This document shows, piece after piece, positions 1 to 9,505 of a DNA stretch of 48,791 nucleotides. The notes below the pieces were generated by a model. That model made no database searches and was not told the DNA's origin. It saw only the letters and a list, made by a program, of their open reading frames with translations. Both the position numbers and the translations under genes were made by a program. Every line of letters begins with the position of its first letter. Positions within the stretch are counted from its first letter, which is position 1. The stretch lies in assembly GCA_001275005.1 (NCBI GenBank), contig JWZX01003146.1:1-48791 (forward strand). Reading direction: 5' to 3'. The DNA is from Chrysochromulina tobinii (Eukaryota).

Positions 1-43
<43 letters not shown>

Positions 44-102
44 ACGCTGCCGACGCCGACGCCGACGCCGCCGCTGCCGCCGCTGCCGTCGCTGCTGCCC
101 GC
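1..102. repeat. (GCC)n trinucleotide microsatellite decaying into GCC/GAC/GCT; probably intronic
   Basis: Pure gcc run at 1-42, then degenerate copies. It lies upstream of a likely splice acceptor (ttcacag at 181-187). Confidence 0.85.
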
Positions 103-187
103 GCCGCTGCTATGCGAGAGTCACCCTTCCACTCTGTGTTGACCCCTCGCCGCACTCGGCCCCGTGCATTCACATTCACATTCACAG

Positions 188-1675
188 GTCTACTTCAACT
201 TGGGCTGGCCGCTCAGCACCATCGCGCTGGCCTGGCTGGCCACCGCTCTCGTCGCGGCGGCAGCTACGTACATGCAGTTGCCCTCGTGGCGATGGCTGCA
301 GGACGAGCGTGTGCGCGTGGAGCGCCAGCAGCAGCAGCGTGGATCGAGCTTGCTCGCCGAGGCCGAGTACAGCTCACTTTACAGCGCACTGCCGTCCTTG
401 CCTGCGTGTGGGCTGACCGGGGCGAAGCAGGCGCCGCCGCCAAAGCCGCTGTCAAGGAGCCCGATTGCCGCGGATGGCTGGGCAGCGCGAGAAGCGCCTG
501 TTGCAGACGTCGTAGCACGGACTGGCGTCGCCGCTGGTGCCAGTGCCGCCAGGCCAGCGACCTTGTTGGGAGCTGAGGGCGATGAGGTCGAGCGCCGTCC
601 CGAGCACAGCCCACCGCCGACGCCTGGCAGCCTTTCGATTCTGAAGGCGCTGCACCACCGCGTGTGCGTCGACAGCGCGGCGGCCGACGAAGAGACGCCC
701 GAGGAGTTGCACACGCAGGCGTTGGTGACGGCGCTGCAAGTGCTGCGCACGGGGAGCCATGACGAACGGCGGCTGGCAGCCGAGGCGGAGGCGGCCGCAG
801 CGCTGGTCCCGATGGCAGTCGAGACGTCGCCACTGGCGGAGGCGGCCGCAGCGTTGGTCCCGATGGCAGTCGAGACGTCGCCAGCCTTTTCACACGAGTG
901 GCAGATGGTCCTTTCGCTGAATCCCGTGAGCCCGAGTAGAAGGGCTTCTCGCGAGGATCCTCTGAGCCGACCAACGAACCGCTCCATGCATCGGCGGCTC
1001 CTGCGCTCGCAGATGCTGCGCACGGACACACTGTTGCTGATGATGACGATGGCCTTCGCCAACCTAAAGGCAACGTACTACATCGTGTCATTCTCGGAGG
1101 ATGCACGCGTTCTATTCCCGCCCGAGGTGGCCGAGCGGCTCGACGTGATCTTCAACGTTGGGTTCCCGATGGGATCCCTCATCTCGTCGCCGCTCACCTC
1201 GCTGCTGCTGCGTCGCTTCCGCAAGCGGCCTGACGTATACATGATGGTCGCTGTCGTCGGCGTGAATGTCGTCGGTCTGCTCACGCTCAGCAGCTACCCA
1301 CTGCCACAGACGGTCGCCGTGATGCTCTTCGGTCCGTCACGCACTCTCCTCTGGAGCTGCTACTTCCACTTCCTCGCGCAGCCGAATCGCTTCGCGCGTG
1401 CGACCAAGGGCCGGATGCTTGGTTATTCCAACCTCATCATCGCAGTCATGAGCGACCTGCCGCCGTATTTGCTCAACTGGTGCGTCACGCGCTTCAACGG
1501 CCTCACGCTCGCCACAGTGCACCTGCTGCTGCAGGTGGCGCTGCTCGGCTGCCTGGCTTTCCCGGTTTACCTGCACGCATGCCACCACGAGGAGGTAGCA
1601 GCCAAGGCCAGCAGCACGGCCACAAGCTCGCGACGTGAACCTGTGAGGCAGTCCTCGTCATTTGTACGGCCATGA
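188..1675 (+). CDS. MFS-type multi-pass transporter, last exon(s); the 5' part lies outside the window
   Basis: The ORF has hydrophobic TM segments (YFNLGWPLSTIALAWL; MMTMAFANLKATYYIVSF; VYMMVAVVGVNVVGLLTL; YSNLIIAVMSDLP) split by a long low-complexity loop. (CACATT)n-CACAG just before 188 looks like an intron 3' end, and the exon starts in frame at GTC TAC. Confidence 0.6.
   Translation, partial: VYFNLGWPLSTIALAWLATALVAAAATYMQLPSWRWLQDERVRVERQQQQRGSSLLAEAEYSSLYSALPSLPACGLTGAKQAPPPKPLSRSPIAADGWAAREAPVADVVARTGVAAGASAARPATLLGAEGDEVERRPEHSPPPTPGSLSILKALHHRVCVDSAAADEETPEELHTQALVTALQVLRTGSHDERRLAAEAEAAAALVPMAVETSPLAEAAAALVPMAVETSPAFSHEWQMVLSLNPVSPSRRASREDPLSRPTNRSMHRRLLRSQMLRTDTLLLMMTMAFANLKATYYIVSFSEDARVLFPPEVAERLDVIFNVGFPMGSLISSPLTSLLLRRFRKRPDVYMMVAVVGVNVVGLLTLSSYPLPQTVAVMLFGPSRTLLWSCYFHFLAQPNRFARATKGRMLGYSNLIIAVMSDLPPYLLNWCVTRFNGLTLATVHLLLQVALLGCLAFPVYLHACHHEEVAAKASSTATSSRREPVRQSSSFVRP
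784..883 (+). repeat. 51-bp tandem duplication inside the CDS (AEAAAALVPMAVETSP x2)
   Basis: ggcggaggcggccgcagcg(c/t)tggtcccgatggcagtcgagacgtcgcca starts at 784 and again at 835. Confidence 0.9.
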
Positions 1676-1963
1676 CGCATACGTACGCTGTACGGGCACA
1701 GTGCCCTCTGGGCTACAGTAGATCAGTAGTCAACAAATTTGACCACGCTCTGAGTCCTCTCGCCCCGGGCAGAGTAGCACGATTATACGGCTCGCAGCGC
1801 GGGACCGGTGCACGCGTGAGCAGACATATTCGCATGAGGGAGACAACACAAACTTTTACGTTATTTTCTATTTCGGTGCCGTGCAGGTCGCGTCGTGACT
1901 CGTCTCGCGGGACCACGCGGAACACGCAAAAGCGCGCACCCCCTGGCACAACACCGGTCGCAA

Positions 1964-3307
1964 TCAGGCCCCGCTCTGCTCTTTCAACAGCTGCGCTTGC
2001 TTCCTGAGCTCCTCAGTGTCGAGCACGTGGATGGACTCCCACGTGTCTCCTTCGGCGCCATATCCCCGCCAGCGCACGCGCCACTGCGAGTTGCCCTTGA
2101 AGACACGGTACGCGAGCAGCGCAGCAATGGCAGTCGCACTTCCGTCTGCTGCCGGGTCTGCGGCCGCCTCCGCGGCCGCCTGGCCCTCGGCCTCGGGGGC
2201 TAGCCCGAGTGCGATGCCCGAGTCCCGGCTCAGCTGCGCATCGAGGAGCCTCTTCTCAGCCTCAAGCCGCGCCTCAAAGCGTGCCTTCTCAGCGAGCAAG
2301 TCGGGTCCTAGGATGCGCAGGTCGTAAGGGGCGTCCGTGCCCTCCTCGCGATCTCGCCGGATCTGCTCGACGAGCGCCTTCACCTTGGCCTCATGCGCGT
2401 CGAATTCGGCCTGAGCAAGGGCGGCCTCCTCCGCCTTCAATGCCTTGGAGGCCGCGCGACCTCCCTCGACCTGCTTACGCAGCTTGGCGACCATTTCGCC
2501 TGCCTCGGCCGCCAAGCTGCGGCCCGCGTCGGTCGCGTCGGTCGCGCCGCTCGGTCCACGCTGCATGGACTCCAGCTTGAGGGCGGCAGCAGCCTCTTCG
2601 GCTTCCTCCTTGACGAGTTCCTCGCGCACCTCGGCCCACATCGAACGCTGGCCAGATTGGCCAAAGAGGAAGCCCGGAGAGAGCTCGATTACCTGGAAGG
2701 TGCCCGAGGTGATGGCGACCGGAAGCGCGTTCGGCAGCCACTCGACGCTCTTGTAGAAGAACTTGAATCGGTCGGGCGGCAGAGCGCCCTCAGTCACTGC
2801 GCGGAGCGCCGCGTCGACGCCGCCAGTGTACACCCCTTGGCCCACCTCGACAGCGCCCGGCAACTCGAACTCGCCGTGCACCATAGTGATCGTGTCGCGG
2901 CCTGCGTCGCCCCCGAGGAATACGGCGTTTGCCGCAAAGGGCGCCATCTTGGCGTCGGGCGCGAGGTCCTCCACCGTCCAGGGCGTCTCGTGGTTGAGGA
3001 GCACGCCTTTCGTGCCGTCTGGACCGTGCTCGAGGATGAGCACAAGGCTCTCCAGAAAGTAGTGGTCGAACGAGCCCGGATGGGCGAGTATCACCGAACC
3101 CGGCCCGAGCGACTCGGCGGGCCGCGGGAGCGCCCAGAGCTTGCGCGAGGCGGTCGCCGTCCCCAGCCTGTTCATCCAATCCTCCGAGAAGAGGCCTGCC
3201 ACCGGCGCCGTGCACCGCCGTGCCGCACGAGATGCGCCGTTAGCCTCACGACTGAATAACTCGTGCCCTTGAATGAAGGCGAATGCCGCAAGCGCCAAGA
3301 ATGTCAT
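1964..3307 (-). CDS. DUF179 (YqgE/AlgH-like) protein with coiled coil and C-terminal chromo-like domain; likely signal/transit peptide
   Basis: DUF179-like motifs: PGSVILAHP, FLESLVLILEHG..GTKGVLLN, VFLGGD, RFKFF. The C-terminal LLAYRVFKGNSQWRVRWRGYGAEGDTWE matches the chromodomain pattern. The ATG at 3307 gives a hydrophobic N-terminus (MTFLALAAFAFI). Confidence 0.75.
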   Translation of the reverse strand: MTFLALAAFAFIQGHELFSREANGASRAARRCTAPVAGLFSEDWMNRLGTATASRKLWALPRPAESLGPGSVILAHPGSFDHYFLESLVLILEHGPDGTKGVLLNHETPWTVEDLAPDAKMAPFAANAVFLGGDAGRDTITMVHGEFELPGAVEVGQGVYTGGVDAALRAVTEGALPPDRFKFFYKSVEWLPNALPVAITSGTFQVIELSPGFLFGQSGQRSMWAEVREELVKEEAEEAAAALKLESMQRGPSGATDATDAGRSLAAEAGEMVAKLRKQVEGGRAASKALKAEEAALAQAEFDAHEAKVKALVEQIRRDREEGTDAPYDLRILGPDLLAEKARFEARLEAEKRLLDAQLSRDSGIALGLAPEAEGQAAAEAAADPAADGSATAIAALLAYRVFKGNSQWRVRWRGYGAEGDTWESIHVLDTEELRKQAQLLKEQSGA

Positions 3308-3764
3308 CACGGGCAGCTCTCCTTCCGCCCAAATAGGGACGACCACATCGGCGGCCGCCAACCCAAGGGGGCGACCGTCAAGGTGGGACACGTGGCGCGA
3401 AACCGAGCACGAACTGAGCGGCACGCGCCACGACCCAAAGTTCAGCGGCAGGTGGAGATCACTGATCTGCGACTGAGAAACGTACCTGTCATGTGTGTTC
3501 GGCTGGTCCGCAGGCTGGTGGGTTTGGATGGTTGTGAGGTTCGTCTATGTGTGATCCGTGTGCCCGTGCGTGCGCCCGTGTGTCCCGTGTGTGTCCCGCA
3601 TGTTTGTGCCCCGGCTCCCAACGGTTTCTTTGAACCGCCAGACAGGTGCGCATCAAAAGAAAAACCGTTTCATGAATTTCAGCACGTGATCGGATTTCCC
3701 AATTCTCGGGGCCCGACGACCGAAGCCTCCCCGCCGAATCCTTTTCTCCCCATCGAAATCCATC

Positions 3765-5330
3765 ATGCCGACCACGCCCAGATCGCACGGCTCAACCCGA
3801 TCGAGATACGCGTCACTGGTGGCCTCGCCGTCGTTCCGTAAGCGGCACCTGCACACACCCCCCGATGTTGGGACGGAGATGAGCGACTGGACGCCTGCGC
3901 GGAAGAAGCCTGCGATCATCTCGCCGCCCGACAGTGCCAGCTGCAGTAACAGCGGAATGGCCATCGACTTCTTCGAGTCGTCCCTGCGCCAAAGCAGTGC
4001 TGAAATGCTGGTCGACCTCTCTGCAACGCCCCCGCGTAGGCGTTCTCTGGGGCGCCGGAGCAGCGCTGAAATGAATGTCGACTTCCCTTCACCTGATCCA
4101 AAGGCAGCTAACGGCGTGTTCAGCACGATTTCGGCGGTCTTCTCGCCTCGAGCATCACCCCGGACGCACACCCCTGCGGTCCCTTTTGCCAACTCACCCA
4201 CTGCGAAGGTGCGCTCACCCATCGCCAAGCGCTCGCCCATGGCCAAGCACTCGAGCACTCTGAGGCCGGCCATGGAGCCCCAGTCGCCAGCCCTCTCGAC
4301 ACCGGGCCTCAGTACCGCGTTCAACCGCGCATTTGCGTTGAACTGGAGGATGGAAATGGCAGCGGACGACCCGCCTGAGGAGGCGAAGCCGGCGGCGGCG
4401 GTGGTGGCGGCTGTGGATCCACCCCCGGTCGCTCTCGCGCCCGTGCCAGTGCCGGTGCCGGTGGGTCCCGCGGAGATGCGTCACGCGTGCAACCACTGGC
4501 TCGCGCTCGCTGGCGTAGACGAGGAGCGCCAGCTGCAGCAGTCCCTGTACGCCAACCTGTGCGCCGCGCCGCCGCCGCCGTCAGACGTGATCAGCCAGGT
4601 GGAGGTCGACCTCACGCGCACCGACTTGCGGCTGTACGAATGCGAGCACGACCCACCAGAGCAAGCCCCCGAGCGCCGGATGGCCCTGCGCCGCGTGCTG
4701 CTCGCGTTCGCGCGCCTCGACCCGTCCACTGGTTATGTGCAGGGAATGGGCGACATTGCGGCGCGTGCGCTGCTCTCGTCGGCAGCACTCGACGGCATGC
4801 ACGCTCGCGCGAATGGCGGTGGCCTCATCACTGAGCGCGCCGAGGCAGCTGCCTTTTGGTGGCTGCGCCACGTGACCCAGTCGCTGCTCCCGGGCTTTTT
4901 TGCGCCTGGGATGGCTGCCGTGTGGGAAGAGGTTCGCCTGCTTCGGCGTGCCCTCATGCTACTTCAGCCGCACCTGTTGGCGCACCTAGACGAACTCGGG
5001 TGCGAACTAGCTTGCGTCGCGCCCTCTTGGTACCTGACGCTCTTCCAGCGCATTCTGCCACGCTCGGAGTGCGGGCCCGCCCTCACCAGCCTCGCGGGCC
5101 GCAAACTTGCCACCACCCACCTCGCGCTCGGCGTCCTGCTCTCGCGCGAGCACAAGCTCCTCGCCGCGCGCAGCTTCGAGGCTGTCACTCAGGCTCTCTG
5201 CAGCGCGAGCGGCGCCGAAGACGCGCAGCGACGTGTCGCGGCCGGCGCCCTGCGCGCGGCCCATGAGGCGGCGCTGGCCATTCCACTTGCGTTGCTGAAG
5301 GATCTTTCTGATTCAGTCTCAGATGCGTGA
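3765..5330 (+). CDS. TBC-domain Rab GTPase-activating protein
   Basis: IxxDxxR-type motif (QVEVDLTRT), YxQ motif (GYVQGM) and SWYLTLF. The N-terminus is S/P-rich and disordered. Confidence 0.85.
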   Translation: MPTTPRSHGSTRSRYASLVASPSFRKRHLHTPPDVGTEMSDWTPARKKPAIISPPDSASCSNSGMAIDFFESSLRQSSAEMLVDLSATPPRRRSLGRRSSAEMNVDFPSPDPKAANGVFSTISAVFSPRASPRTHTPAVPFANSPTAKVRSPIAKRSPMAKHSSTLRPAMEPQSPALSTPGLSTAFNRAFALNWRMEMAADDPPEEAKPAAAVVAAVDPPPVALAPVPVPVPVGPAEMRHACNHWLALAGVDEERQLQQSLYANLCAAPPPPSDVISQVEVDLTRTDLRLYECEHDPPEQAPERRMALRRVLLAFARLDPSTGYVQGMGDIAARALLSSAALDGMHARANGGGLITERAEAAAFWWLRHVTQSLLPGFFAPGMAAVWEEVRLLRRALMLLQPHLLAHLDELGCELACVAPSWYLTLFQRILPRSECGPALTSLAGRKLATTHLALGVLLSREHKLLAARSFEAVTQALCSASGAEDAQRRVAAGALRAAHEAALAIPLALLKDLSDSVSDA

Positions 5331-5900
5331 CGTATAGGTCATATCACTATGTTGTCGACGACCGTGGGAAACGAGATGCGCACATCCGATTCAATCGAAC
5401 GGAAGCGGTCGCCGTCCCGAGCTAGATGCGATGGCGCGACCGATGTGATGAGTGAGCAATGAGCAGGATGTGGATGAATGTGGGGTGTTTGAAGTGTGCG
5501 TACCGCCAGTTTCCACGAGGTCCTCTCCAGTATTTCCTACAAACCGCGGCGCGTTCAAAGCTTCAAACTTCAAATCCGCCCGGCGCGCGGCGGCGGCGCG
5601 TCCGCGGTCCGGTCCGCGCACTCGTTCCACTTAGAAGTTAGATCTTAGACTTAGTCCGCACGTGCGGAAAGTCATCTTGTCCGTCGATCCGCGTGGCGCT
5701 CCGTCCGCTCTCCGTCGTCGGCTTAGGGCTTTGAGCCCTCCGCCATTTGACGACCGCTTCCCGTCTTCTTTGATCTTTCTTATAATTATGAACGCAGATC
5801 GTATAGACGAGGATCGAGGTCGATCCGCGAGGGCCGAGCGTGCTACCGTGCTTGTGGCGTTATTCCGTGACCGCGTCACATCGCCCAGACCAACACCTTG

Positions 5901-7607
5901 TCACCATCGCCGTTGCCCCGCATGCGCATCGTGAACTCCGTTATGAGCGCCGCGAGAGAGCCCAGGCGCCGGCGGGCCCGATCCCATTCGAAACGGCCCC
6001 CCTCCCCCGCCCCCACCTGCCCCTCGACCGGGCCCGTTAGGCCCGTCGTCGCACAAGAAGAGCAGCTCACGCGCGACGGGCTCGCCATTACGCCGCTGCA
6101 TAGCGGCTACCTCCCGCGCAAACGGCGCATCCGCTGGTAAGAGGAGCGTATACGCGTCGCCACTGGCGCCCGCGCGGCCGGCACGGCCGATGCGGTGCAC
6201 ATAGTCCTCAGCTTTATCTTGTGCAGGCGCGTCGAAGTTGACGACCGCGCGAACGTCCTTGACGTCTAGGCCGCGCGAAGCGACATCGGTGGCGATGAGC
6301 ACGGGTGCGCTCCCCTGACGAAATTGCTGCAGCACCCAATCCCGCTCCTGCTGTGACTTGTCGCCGTGCAGCGCCTCTGCACCCAATCCCCTCCTGCGCA
6401 GCTCGGTGCGCACTGCCTCGCAACCTCGCTTCGAGGCACAGAAGATGATCACACGCGCAATCTGCTCGCCGTCGGCAATGCCGGCGCCCAGGACAGCGCC
6501 GCCCGGCGGCAAGGAAGGCGGCGGCGGCAAGGACGGCGGCGGCGGCAAGGACGGCGGCGGCGGCAACGACGGCGGCGGCGGCAATGTTTTCGCTATCCCA
6601 GTTTTCCAGCTTTCGAAGGACGGCGGCGGCGGCAACGATGGAGGTGGCGGCAACGACGGCGGTGGCGGCAACGTCGGCGGTGGTGGCAACGACGGCGGTG
6701 GCGGCCATGATCCTAGCTCGGCGAGGATGTTGACGAGCGCATGGTGCTTCTCCGACTCCGAGTAGCAGATCTGAAAGCGCTGAGTGACGCGCGCGTTGGC
6801 AGAGAGCCGATCTGCGTGATCCACCGTGACCATGAGCGGCTCACGAAGCCACTCGCGCGCGAGCCGCTCGACCTCGCGGGGCCATGTGGCCGAGCACATG
6901 AGCGTCTGCCGGTCGGGCCGTGACTGCTGCATCACCTGCCGAAGCTGCGGCTCGAAGCCGAGGTCAAGCATTCGGTCGGCCTCGTCGAGCACCAGGTACG
7001 TGACGCGGCGCAGGTTGGTCAGGCCGCCGTCCAGAAAGTCGAGAAGCCGGCCGGGCGTGGCGACCACGAGCTCGACACCCGTCTGCAGGTCGCGCTGTTG
7101 CGGCCCCTTGGGAACCCCACCGTAAATAGCGCTGCTCGTCACGCCCGACGAGGCGCCGAATCGGTCGCACTCGGACTTGATCTGCACCGCGAGCTCGCGC
7201 GTCGGCGCGAGCACGAGCGCGATCGGCCCGTCGCCCGGCTGCAGGTAGTCCTGCGCCACAATGTGCACCAGTGCGGGCAGCACAAAGCTGAGCGTCTTTC
7301 CAGAGCCTGTGTTGGCTAGCCCGATGAGGTCACTGCCGCTGAGCGCAATCGGCCATGCCTGCATCTGGATCGAAGTTGGGGCCGTGAAGCCCGCCGCCTC
7401 GAGCTCTGCGGTGATGAATTCGGGGAAGGCTGCCTCCAGAAATGTGCGCACGGGCTTGGGCGCGCGGCTAGTAACCTCGATGTGGTGCTGGCGACGCCAC
7501 CTCGCCACCTCGCGTTCATCCAGAGCCGCAACGGCGGGGTGTTCCATGTAGAAATCGCGCTCTACAGGCGGCAGCGTGAAGAGCGCCGTGCCACCATTAG
7601 CGGCCAT
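5901..7607 (-). CDS. DBP2: DEAD-box RNA helicase, DBP2/DDX5-like
   Basis: Q motif (GFTAPTSIQMQAWP), GSGKT, PTRELA, TPGRL, DEAD, SAT, LHGDKSQQER, DVASRGLD and HRIGRAGRAG. GDGPIALVLAPTRELA is typical of the DBP2/DDX5 group. Start placed at the ATG at 7607. Confidence 0.85.
   Translation of the reverse strand: MAANGGTALFTLPPVERDFYMEHPAVAALDEREVARWRRQHHIEVTSRAPKPVRTFLEAAFPEFITAELEAAGFTAPTSIQMQAWPIALSGSDLIGLANTGSGKTLSFVLPALVHIVAQDYLQPGDGPIALVLAPTRELAVQIKSECDRFGASSGVTSSAIYGGVPKGPQQRDLQTGVELVVATPGRLLDFLDGGLTNLRRVTYLVLDEADRMLDLGFEPQLRQVMQQSRPDRQTLMCSATWPREVERLAREWLREPLMVTVDHADRLSANARVTQRFQICYSESEKHHALVNILAELGSWPPPPSLPPPPTLPPPPSLPPPPSLPPPPSFESWKTGIAKTLPPPPSLPPPPSLPPPPSLPPPPSLPPGGAVLGAGIADGEQIARVIIFCASKRGCEAVRTELRRRGLGAEALHGDKSQQERDWVLQQFRQGSAPVLIATDVASRGLDVKDVRAVVNFDAPAQDKAEDYVHRIGRAGRAGASGDAYTLLLPADAPFAREVAAMQRRNGEPVARELLFLCDDGPNGPGRGAGGGGGGGPFRMGSGPPAPGLSRGAHNGVHDAHAGQRRW
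6499..6705 (-). repeat. 18-bp coding tandem repeat encoding (SLPPPP)n in two blocks
   Basis: Repeated ggcggcggcggcaa(c/g)gac units on the + strand translate as SLPPPP/TLPPPP in the helicase. Confidence 0.9.
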
Positions 7608-7760
7608 GTGTTGTCGAGGAAGCGTGCAATCCCTGGGATCCTCGAGTGTGTTCGCCCCGCGGCGGCACAATCGGCGGAGCTTCGTGCTGTGAATGTGAAT
7701 GAGTCACCGCACGTGGGCACACACAAAACCTATACCCGAACGCGTTCAAAGCCCCCCACG

Positions 7761-9443
7761 CTATTGCCCTGAGAGCCAGCCGTCAACCGTCGCCTTCTGC
7801 TTGTGAAGCGCATCCATCGTCTTACATGTGCCCTGTGACCTCCGGCGCACCGCTGCGAGCATCGTCTCGCCCACTGCGCCGTGCCCGCGTAGCCTGGCCT
7901 CGAGAGCCGCGAGCCGCGTCGCCAGGCTGATCAACGAGGTGCTATGTGCCGGGAGCAGCTGCATCAGCGTCTCGGCGTGCTCGGCGAGCGCACGAACGGC
8001 GAGGGCGATGAGCGCAGGGGCGGCGCGTTCTTCCCCAGCGAGGGCCTCGAGCGCTTGGCAGCGCAAGGCGCGCGTCTGCACCGCTATCCAGTGTGTGGCT
8101 GCGACCTCCCTCTGGAGTATTCCGAGGGCGCCTTCAGCTGCGCTTCGCGCGTCCTCCCAACTGTCGTACTGCTTCGGCTTGAACCCGACGATCTTGCCAC
8201 GCAGTTTCTGGACGCTGAAGACGCTTGCGTGCGCACGGCGCGCGAGGTTCATGTCACCGTCAAGGTCGTCCAAGAGCTGGTCGACTGGATCGAGCTCCTT
8301 GAGGGCACATGCGCTCGCGGGCTGGGCGCATCGCGAGCAGCCGCATTCAAACCCAAAGAGCGTCGCGAGGAAAGCACGCCGCTCGCTTCGCGGGAGGGTC
8401 GCGAGCTCGTCCTGATAACAGATGGTGAGCTGAGCTCCTGCGGGCACCTCATCGAGGGTGTACACGCGCGCCCGGCCGCTCGCCGCCTCGACTGGCGTCA
8501 ACGTGCAGTTCGGCCAGCACGAGTGGTTCAACATTGAGACTCTCTCGTAGATGAGTCCGATCGGATCCTCGATTCCTTCGATGCGCGTCTGGAAAGCATT
8601 GTTGATGACGGCAGCGTGCGCGGCCATGGCGTCGGCTTCGCTCACCCCCTTCATCTCACGCAGCCACATTGCCGCCGCCTTGGCGTCGTCGCCGCCGTCA
8701 CGGGGCGCCCCCGGCGCAGGACGCAGACCCGTCGCGCGATTGAGCAGCTTCCGAGCAAGGACCAGTGCAGCCATCGTGCCTGCGACGTCGTCGTCCTCGC
8801 TGTGCACTATGTGAGGCCGTTCCGTGAGAACGACGCTGCCGGCGGGGAGGGCGACACGCGCGTACAGGCCGCGCTCGCCGTCGACCTCCCGTTGCTCGAC
8901 GAGTGGAGACAACGCCGCAGTCTCAAGCTCAGCCACCGTGCCGCCCAATGACGGATTGTAGCAATGGTGGGCCGCACGATGTACGAGAATGGCCATTTCG
9001 ACCGCACTGCTGCATGAGGAGGCACCATTGAGGACGACCTGCGCGCAGGAGCCGAGTTGCTTAAGGCGCGCATCCTTGGTGCCGGAGGCAACATCGGCGA
9101 TGGCAGCATGCACCGCCCGCTCCGAGTCGTGCGATACGGGAAAGCGCAGCACGTCCTCGTCTGCTGCCCGGCCAACGTGTGCACAGCGAACACGCGACAA
9201 GAAGCGGCGGATCTCGAGTGGAGAGAGCGGCAGCGAATTGCCAACGCATTCCAGTGCAGCGAGGGCAGCACGGCGTAGGTCTTTCGACGCATCGACGGCG
9301 GCACCGCGGTCTTTGGCTTCATCGACAGACGTGGAGTCCTTGGGTTCATCGACGGTAGCGAAAAAGTCCTTGATGGATCTGCGAAAGACTATTGCCGCTG
9401 CGCCTAGAGCGGCGGCCAGAGTAAGAGCGATGGCCTTCGACAT
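7761..9443 (-). CDS. SET-domain (SMYD-like) lysine methyltransferase with N-terminal hydrophobic anchor
   Basis: RGLYA, NHSCWPN, QLTICY and post-SET FECGCSRC. An in-frame TGA directly precedes the ATG. Confidence 0.85.
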   Translation of the reverse strand: MSKAIALTLAAALGAAAIVFRRSIKDFFATVDEPKDSTSVDEAKDRGAAVDASKDLRRAALAALECVGNSLPLSPLEIRRFLSRVRCAHVGRAADEDVLRFPVSHDSERAVHAAIADVASGTKDARLKQLGSCAQVVLNGASSCSSAVEMAILVHRAAHHCYNPSLGGTVAELETAALSPLVEQREVDGERGLYARVALPAGSVVLTERPHIVHSEDDDVAGTMAALVLARKLLNRATGLRPAPGAPRDGGDDAKAAAMWLREMKGVSEADAMAAHAAVINNAFQTRIEGIEDPIGLIYERVSMLNHSCWPNCTLTPVEAASGRARVYTLDEVPAGAQLTICYQDELATLPRSERRAFLATLFGFECGCSRCAQPASACALKELDPVDQLLDDLDGDMNLARRAHASVFSVQKLRGKIVGFKPKQYDSWEDARSAAEGALGILQREVAATHWIAVQTRALRCQALEALAGEERAAPALIALAVRALAEHAETLMQLLPAHSTSLISLATRLAALEARLRGHGAVGETMLAAVRRRSQGTCKTMDALHKQKATVDGWLSGQ

Positions 9444-9448
9444 TCACG

Positions 9449-9459
9449 TGGCTCCTTTG
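9449..9459 (+). repeat. Target-site duplication, left copy (TGGCTCCTTTG)
   Basis: Identical to 21071-21081. The edge bases overlap the microsatellite, so the true length may be 9-11 bp. Confidence 0.9.
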
Positions 9460-9502
9460 AGTGAGTTGTGAGTGAGTGAGTGAGTGAGTGAGTGAGTGAG
9501 TT
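9459..9502 (+). repeat. 5'-terminal (GAGT)n tract in two runs: GAGTGAGTT + GT(GAGT)8T
   Basis: Read directly from the sequence. It is the reverse complement of the 3' tail unit. Confidence 0.95.
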
Positions 9503-9505
9503 CGA

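Noticed and set aside
112..187. ORF-track starts at 112 and 164 (MHSHSHSQ)
   Set aside because: The HS repeat is the (CACATT)n tract before a CAG acceptor, so it is most likely intron sequence.
9459..9502. Telomeric repeat or chromosome end
   Set aside because: The unit is GAGT, not a TTAGGG-like repeat. The tract is short, internal and bounded by a TSD.
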